In this document: in pieces, positions 59,233 to 64,000 of the stretch
Position numbering within the stretch: position 1 is the first letter of the stretch
Layout of the letters: every line of letters begins with the position of its first letter
Assembly: GCA_910588635.1 (NCBI GenBank)
Contig: CAJUPW010000004.1
Span: 29,823 to 93,822, forward strand
Source of the DNA: an uncultured Oscillospiraceae bacterium
GTDB taxonomy: Bacteria > Bacillota > Clostridia > Oscillospirales > Oscillospiraceae
Reading direction: 5' to 3'
Length of the DNA: 64,000 bases
Notes under the pieces: model-generated
The model's database searches: none
What the model was told of the DNA's origin: nothing
Seen by the model: only the letters and a program-made list of their open reading frames with translations
Position numbers and translations under genes: made by a program

Positions 59233-59742
59233 ATGGACGCCCAAACACGCAGACAAGCCATTGCCAAACGCCTCCGGGAGAGCACGGGGCCGCTGAGCGC
59301 CGCCGCCCTGGCCCGGGAGCTGTCGGTGAGCCGGCAGATCATCGTGGGCGATGTGGCCCTCCTCCGGGCCGGCGGACTGGACATCACCGCCACTCCCCGG
59401 GGCTACCTGCTGCCCAGGCTCCCCGCCGGGATCACCTGCACCTTCGCCTGCCGCCACCGGGCGGACCAGATGGAAGAGGAACTGAACGCCATGGTGGACC
59501 AGGGCTGCACCGTGCTGGACGTGATTGTGGAGCACCCCATCTACGGCCAGCTCACCGGGCCTCTGCGGCTGTCCAGCCGGTACGATGTGACCCAGTTTGT
59601 GGACCGCTGTCAGGAGGAGGCCGCCGCTCCCCTGTCCCAGCTTACCGAGGGGGTGCATCTGCATACCGTCCTCTGCCCCGACGAGGGGGCCGCGTACCGG
59701 GTGCGGGAGGCCCTGGAGCAGCTGGGATTCCTCTATCAATAA
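59233..59742 (+). CDS. niaR: Niacin-responsive repressor NiaR (HTH + 3H domain)
   Basis: VSRQIIVGDVALLRA.G, ATPRGY, VEHPIYG, GVHLH. Confidence 0.92.
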   Translation: MDAQTRRQAIAKRLRESTGPLSAAALARELSVSRQIIVGDVALLRAGGLDITATPRGYLLPRLPAGITCTFACRHRADQMEEELNAMVDQGCTVLDVIVEHPIYGQLTGPLRLSSRYDVTQFVDRCQEEAAAPLSQLTEGVHLHTVLCPDEGAAYRVREALEQLGFLYQ

Positions 59743-59793
59743 ACAAACGGCCGCCGCGGGAAGCTGATCCCGCGGCGGCTGTTTTCCTGAAGA

Positions 59794-61455
59794 TTATTCC
59801 AGAATGGCGCCCTTGTCGGCGGAGGACACCAGCTTGGCGTACCGGGCCAGATAGCCCGTTTTGATCTTGGACTCGGGGCAGGTCCACTTGGCCCTACGGA
59901 CGGCCAGCTCCTGGTCAGTGACGGCCAGAGCGATGGTGTGGGCGGGGATGTTGATGGCAATCATGTCGCCCTCCTCCACCAGGCCGATGTTGCCGCCGGA
60001 TGCCGCCTCGGGGGAGACGTGTCCGATGGAAGCCCCCCGGGTGGCGCCGGAGAAGCGGCCGTCGGTGATGAGGGCCACGTCCTTGTCCAGCCCCATGCCG
60101 GCGATGGCGGAGGTGGGATTGAGCATCTCCCGCATACCGGGGCCGCCCCTGGGTCCCTCGTAGCGGATGACCACCACGTCCCCGGCGCGGATCTGCCCGG
60201 CGTAGATGGCGGAGATGGCCTCCTCCTCGGAGTTGAACACCCGGGCGGGGCCCTCGTGGACCATCATCTCGGGGGCCACGGCGGACTGCTTGACCACGCA
60301 GCCGTCGGGAGCCAGATTGCCCTTGAGGACGGCGATGCCGCCGGTCCCGGAGTAGGGGTTGTCGATGGGACGGATGATCTCGGGGTCCCGGTTGACCACG
60401 CCCTCCAGGTTCTCAGCGACAGTCCTGCCGGTGCAGGTGAGCAGGGAGGTGTCGATCAAATTCTTTTTCGCCAGCTCGGCCATGACGGCGTAGACACCGC
60501 CGGCCCGCTCCAGGTCCTCCATGTAGGTGTCGCCGGCGGGGGCCAGATGGCACAGGTTGGGGGTCCGGTCGGAAATCTTGTTGGCCATGTCGAAGGACAG
60601 CGTAATGCCGCACTCGTGGGCGATGGCAGGCAGGTGGAGCATGGTGTTGGTGGAGCAGCCCAGGGCCATGTCAATGGTCTCGGCGTTGTGGAAGGCGGCC
60701 TCGGTCATAATGTCCCGGGGACGGATGTTCTTCTCCACCAGCTCCATAATCTTCATGCCGGCGCGCTTGGCCAGCCGCAGCCGGGCGGACCACACGGCGG
60801 GGATGGTGCCGTTGCCCCGGAGGGCCATGCCGATGGCCTCGGTGAGGCAGTTCATGGAGTTGGCGGTGTACATGCCCGAGCAGGAGCCGCAGGTGGGGCA
60901 GGCGGCGTTCTCGTACTCCTCCACCCCCTCCTCGTCCAGCTTGCCGGCGTAGTAGGAGCCCACCGCCTCGAACATGTGGGAGAGGCAGGTGCGCCGGCCG
61001 TCGTTGAGCCGTCCGGCCAGCATGGGCCCGCCGGAGACGAAGATGGCGGGCACATTCACCCGGGCGGCGGCCATCAGCAGGCCGGGCACGTTCTTGTCGC
61101 AGTTGGGGATCATCACCAGGCCGTCGAACTGGTGGGCGATGGCCATTGCCTCGGTGGAGTCGGCAATCAGGTCACGGGTCACCAGGGAGTATTTCATGCC
61201 CACGTGGCCCATGGCGATGCCGTCGCACACGGCGATGGCGGGGAACTCCACCGGAGTGCCCCCGGCGGCCCGGACGCCGGCTTTCACCGCCTCGGCAATC
61301 TTGTCCAGGTTCATGTGGCCGGGCACAATCTCGTTATAGGAGCAGACCACGCCGATGAGGGGCTTTTCCAGCTCCTCCCTGGTGTAGCCCAGAGCGTAGA
61401 GCAGGGAGCGGTTGGGAGCGGCGGGGATGCCTTTTTTCACAACGTCAGAGCGCAT
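59794..61455 (-). CDS. ilvD: Dihydroxy-acid dehydratase
   Basis: [44 protein letters not shown]. Confidence 0.97.
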   Translation of the reverse strand: MRSDVVKKGIPAAPNRSLLYALGYTREELEKPLIGVVCSYNEIVPGHMNLDKIAEAVKAGVRAAGGTPVEFPAIAVCDGIAMGHVGMKYSLVTRDLIADSTEAMAIAHQFDGLVMIPNCDKNVPGLLMAAARVNVPAIFVSGGPMLAGRLNDGRRTCLSHMFEAVGSYYAGKLDEEGVEEYENAACPTCGSCSGMYTANSMNCLTEAIGMALRGNGTIPAVWSARLRLAKRAGMKIMELVEKNIRPRDIMTEAAFHNAETIDMALGCSTNTMLHLPAIAHECGITLSFDMANKISDRTPNLCHLAPAGDTYMEDLERAGGVYAVMAELAKKNLIDTSLLTCTGRTVAENLEGVVNRDPEIIRPIDNPYSGTGGIAVLKGNLAPDGCVVKQSAVAPEMMVHEGPARVFNSEEEAISAIYAGQIRAGDVVVIRYEGPRGGPGMREMLNPTSAIAGMGLDKDVALITDGRFSGATRGASIGHVSPEAASGGNIGLVEEGDMIAINIPAHTIALAVTDQELAVRRAKWTCPESKIKTGYLARYAKLVSSADKGAILE

Positions 61456-61549
61456 AGGGATTACCTCCTGGATATGACATAAAAAATATCGGTTTTCTGA
61501 TTTCAGAATACCGCAGGACGGTAGATGTGTCAAGAAAAACCGTTTAAAA

Positions 61550-61640
61550 AGCTGAAAACCGCCACCCCGGTCCGGTGACGGTTCTCTGTAAAAAGAAACC
61601 AAATCTTGGGCTGGACCGCTTCGTGAGCGGCATCCCTTTA
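61550..61640 (-). ncRNA. Putative sRNA of about 90 nt, type I antitoxin-like
   Basis: TTGACA-N17-TATATT promoter (61645-61673), 5' hairpin GGG..CCGC..GCGG..CCC, 3' terminator AACCGTCACC..GGTGGCGGTTTT; no ORF. Confidence 0.55.
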
Positions 61641-61681
61641 TACCAATATATCACCGCCCTGACATTTTGTCAAGGCGGTTT

Positions 61682-61867
61682 TCAGTCCTGCTCCTCCTGC
61701 TCCTTCAGGTTTTCCAGCGCCCATCTGGTGGCCGCGATTACAAACGCGGAAAAGGTAGTATCTTTTCCGCAAATAGCCAACTCCACTTCTTCAATCACGT
61801 CATTAGGGAACCGGATATTTTTCTGTGTGGTCTGTGGAATTGCGGGTATCTTAAATTTTCTGCCCAT
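61682..61867 (-). CDS. Small ribbon-helix-helix protein (YlcI/YnfO-like)
   Basis: KNIRFPNDVIEEVE...TFSAFVI.A.R.AL; AGGTG RBS. Confidence 0.75.
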   Translation of the reverse strand: MGRKFKIPAIPQTTQKNIRFPNDVIEEVELAICGKDTTFSAFVIAATRWALENLKEQEEQD

Positions 61868-61960
61868 ACTATCACCTGCTATACATTTGTACTTTATATT
61901 GTGATACATATGACGTATAATTTATGTATCCCGAATTGCAAGCAAGATGTATAGAGGAGG

Positions 61961-62182
61961 ATGACTATGAGATACTTTGATAAAATGCTGCTGGCTTTTC
62001 TGCTCAACAGCAAACTAAAAATGGAGGTCACCGGCTTTGACATGGACGGCTTTGAAAAGATTCTGCGCGATCAGCTGAAAAGACGGCTGGAGGCCATCGA
62101 GTACATCGTTTTTGCGAGTGAATTTATTTCGGACGCCGAGAGGGTTGAGGCCATCAGGGATCTGTTTTATAGCTGCAATTAA
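61961..62182 (+). CDS. Small hypothetical protein
   Basis: GAGGAGG RBS; terminator follows at about 62194-62230. Confidence 0.65.
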   Translation: MTMRYFDKMLLAFLLNSKLKMEVTGFDMDGFEKILRDQLKRRLEAIEYIVFASEFISDAERVEAIRDLFYSCN

Positions 62183-62230
62183 TCCAAATCGAAAGGGAGC
62201 GGCCCGTCAGGGCCGCTCCCTCTTGTCCTT

Positions 62231-63769
62231 TTACTGCGGAAGAGAGGATACAAAGTCGTCGGAGGGGGCAAATTCCAGCCGGTTCTCCCACTGCTCCAGG
62301 GTGTAGTCCGGCCAAGTCCGGTCGGAGCCGCCGGGCAGGAAAATCAGGGTCACATCCTCCGCAATGCCGTAAAACTGCCGAAAATAGCTGGCATATTCCA
62401 CATTCCAGGGGTTCCGGTCCACCCAGAAGATTCGGTAGTATCGGTCGGTGGGCAGGATGAGCCGGTCCTCTCCCGCCGCGGATACCCGGCTGATCTCCGC
62501 GCTTCGGGCCAGGGTGCAGGAGGCGGTTGCCGCCCCCCGATACCCCCACAGGAGCATCAGCCCCGCCGCTGCCAGCCCTGCCGCCCAGGTCCCGGTCCGG
62601 GCGGTGAGCAGAGGGGCGGCTAAGTCCATGGCCAGCATAATCAAAATCAAGGCGGGCAGGAAGTAGAACCGCTGGCCCAGGGTGGTGGTGGCCGCCAGAG
62701 GCAGCAGGGCCAGAGGGGCCGCCAGATACAGCAGCAGACGGCGAATTTTCAGCTCCGGCTCACACCTCATGGCGGCCAGCGCCAGAAAGGCCAGCCCCCA
62801 GCACAGGCAGCCGGCGGCGGCGTAATACCATGTCTGGTAATCCTCGGCGCTCCAAATCAGGAAAAAGGTCCCGAGGGGAAGCAGTCCCAGCACGGCCAGC
62901 GGCCGCAGCCGGCTGTTCCAGAAGCCCAGGGCGATGATTACCGCCATAGGCAAGGCAATATGAACCCCCCGCAGAAAGGCGATGGGCAGCAGCTTTTGGA
63001 AATACCACTGTAAAATGCATGCCCCGGCGGCCAGCGGGCCGGAGCCTGGCGGAAAGGACAGATTGCGCAGGCCCTGGAGGGCGCTGCCATGTCCCAGAAG
63101 GTCGGCCAGCACGCCGTTGGAGAACACCAGCACCGCCGCCAGCACCGCCCCGGCGAAGCCGGCCCAGTAGGGCAGACGCAGCGGCCTGTCCCATATGGAG
63201 TAGAGGCCCAGCACCAGGGTCACCCCCACAAAGAGGAGGGACAGGGTCTCCACAAACAGTCCCATCACCAGCGCCCAGCCCAGCAGCAGCGCCGCCCGGG
63301 CCTTTGGCCGGTCTTTTTTTTGGTGGGCCCGCCTCACCAGCAGCAGAAAGGCCAGAAACACCGCCGCCGACATCCCGTAGTTCCCGAAGCCGGACACCCA
63401 GCCGTACACCTCGATCCACATGACGGGAGGCATCAGCAAAATCATCCCGTTGGCCGTCAGGAACATGGGCAGAAACCGCTCCCCGTCCCCTCTGGCCATC
63501 AGCGCGGCCATCAGTACGGGGATGGCGAACATGCCCCCGCCCATGAGCAGCACCTTCACCGGCGGGAAATGGCACATGAGCACGGCGCAAAGATTCCCGG
63601 CGTAACGGCCGTTGAGCAGGCCGTATTTCCACCAGCGCACCCCCTGCTCCATGCCCCATTGCAAATCGTCGGTGCAGCTGTAGGGCACGGCCCAGGCGAT
63701 GAACAGATAGCAGATCAGCGCGGCCGCCAGAACGGCCCGGCAGATCATGGCGTTTCCGCGCTGCGTCAA
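62231..63769 (-). CDS. Polytopic membrane protein (DUF6056 / GT-C-like)
   Basis: DD..W, NGRY.GN, W.SG..NY motifs; many TM helices; GGAGGAG RBS + TTG. Confidence 0.72.
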   Translation of the reverse strand: MTQRGNAMICRAVLAAALICYLFIAWAVPYSCTDDLQWGMEQGVRWWKYGLLNGRYAGNLCAVLMCHFPPVKVLLMGGGMFAIPVLMAALMARGDGERFLPMFLTANGMILLMPPVMWIEVYGWVSGFGNYGMSAAVFLAFLLLVRRAHQKKDRPKARAALLLGWALVMGLFVETLSLLFVGVTLVLGLYSIWDRPLRLPYWAGFAGAVLAAVLVFSNGVLADLLGHGSALQGLRNLSFPPGSGPLAAGACILQWYFQKLLPIAFLRGVHIALPMAVIIALGFWNSRLRPLAVLGLLPLGTFFLIWSAEDYQTWYYAAAGCLCWGLAFLALAAMRCEPELKIRRLLLYLAAPLALLPLAATTTLGQRFYFLPALILIMLAMDLAAPLLTARTGTWAAGLAAAGLMLLWGYRGAATASCTLARSAEISRVSAAGEDRLILPTDRYYRIFWVDRNPWNVEYASYFRQFYGIAEDVTLIFLPGGSDRTWPDYTLEQWENRLEFAPSDDFVSSLPQ

Positions 63770-63910
63770 AGCGGACTCCTCCTCCTTCGCCGTCCCGCTT
63801 CGGGGACGGCCTGTCCCACTATTCTATCCGGTTTCCCCAGAGATGTCAACGCCGCAGTTCCGGCGGGAGGTCCCGATTGACAGCGGCGTTTTTTTTCATA
63901 TAATGAAGGT

Positions 63911-64000
63911 ATGGATACGTTTATTTTTATTGTCAACATCATAGGGACGCTGGCCTTTGCCGCCTCCGGGGCCATGATCGGACTGAACAAGAACATGGAC
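63911..64000 (+). CDS. TRIC/UPF0126 membrane protein, N-terminal part (truncated by window)
   Basis: MDTFIFIVNIIGTLAFAASGAMIGLNKNMD. Confidence 0.8.
   Translation, partial: MDTFIFIVNIIGTLAFAASGAMIGLNKNMD

Noticed and set aside
61456..61640. T-box or attenuator for ilvD (also checked lysS and proS)
   Set aside because: No GGTGG.ACC T-box motif; ilvD and proS have promoters close to their starts
1..64000. CRISPR array, prophage, intact transposase or defence island
   Set aside because: No regularly spaced repeat array and no cas, phage, transposase or integrase motifs seen

Overview
High-GC, core-chromosome-like window from an endospore-forming, butyrate-producing Clostridia member (Oscillospiraceae-like; inferred from gene content and GC, not from a database search). 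About 63 CDS, one tRNA-Val(GAC) and an L20 leader. Housekeeping genes include infC-rpmI-rplT, polA, greA-lysS, pgi, rny, proS, ilvD, tsaD and ispE; spoIIR, spoIID and a butyryl-CoA:acetate CoA-transferase are also present. No CRISPR array or intact mobile element was seen. Most notable: (1) four candidate sporulation genes lying downstream of same-strand genes have hairpins pairing their promoter -10 region with their own Shine-Dalgarno, a possible read-through-silencing device; one controls an unannotated 31-aa peptide. (2) mgtE has a leader peptide ending SLPRRR plus a terminator instead of an M-box riboswitch. (3) A reduced rnfC / rnfD-rnfG fusion / rnfA-like operon lacks rnfE and rnfB. (4) A decayed integrative element at tRNA-Val retains a sigma-70 region 4 fragment. 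(5) An orphan antitoxin-like sRNA. (6) A stand-alone FapA-CheX-CheY operon. All calls come from motif recognition by eye; start codons were adjusted from the ORF track using RBS positions.
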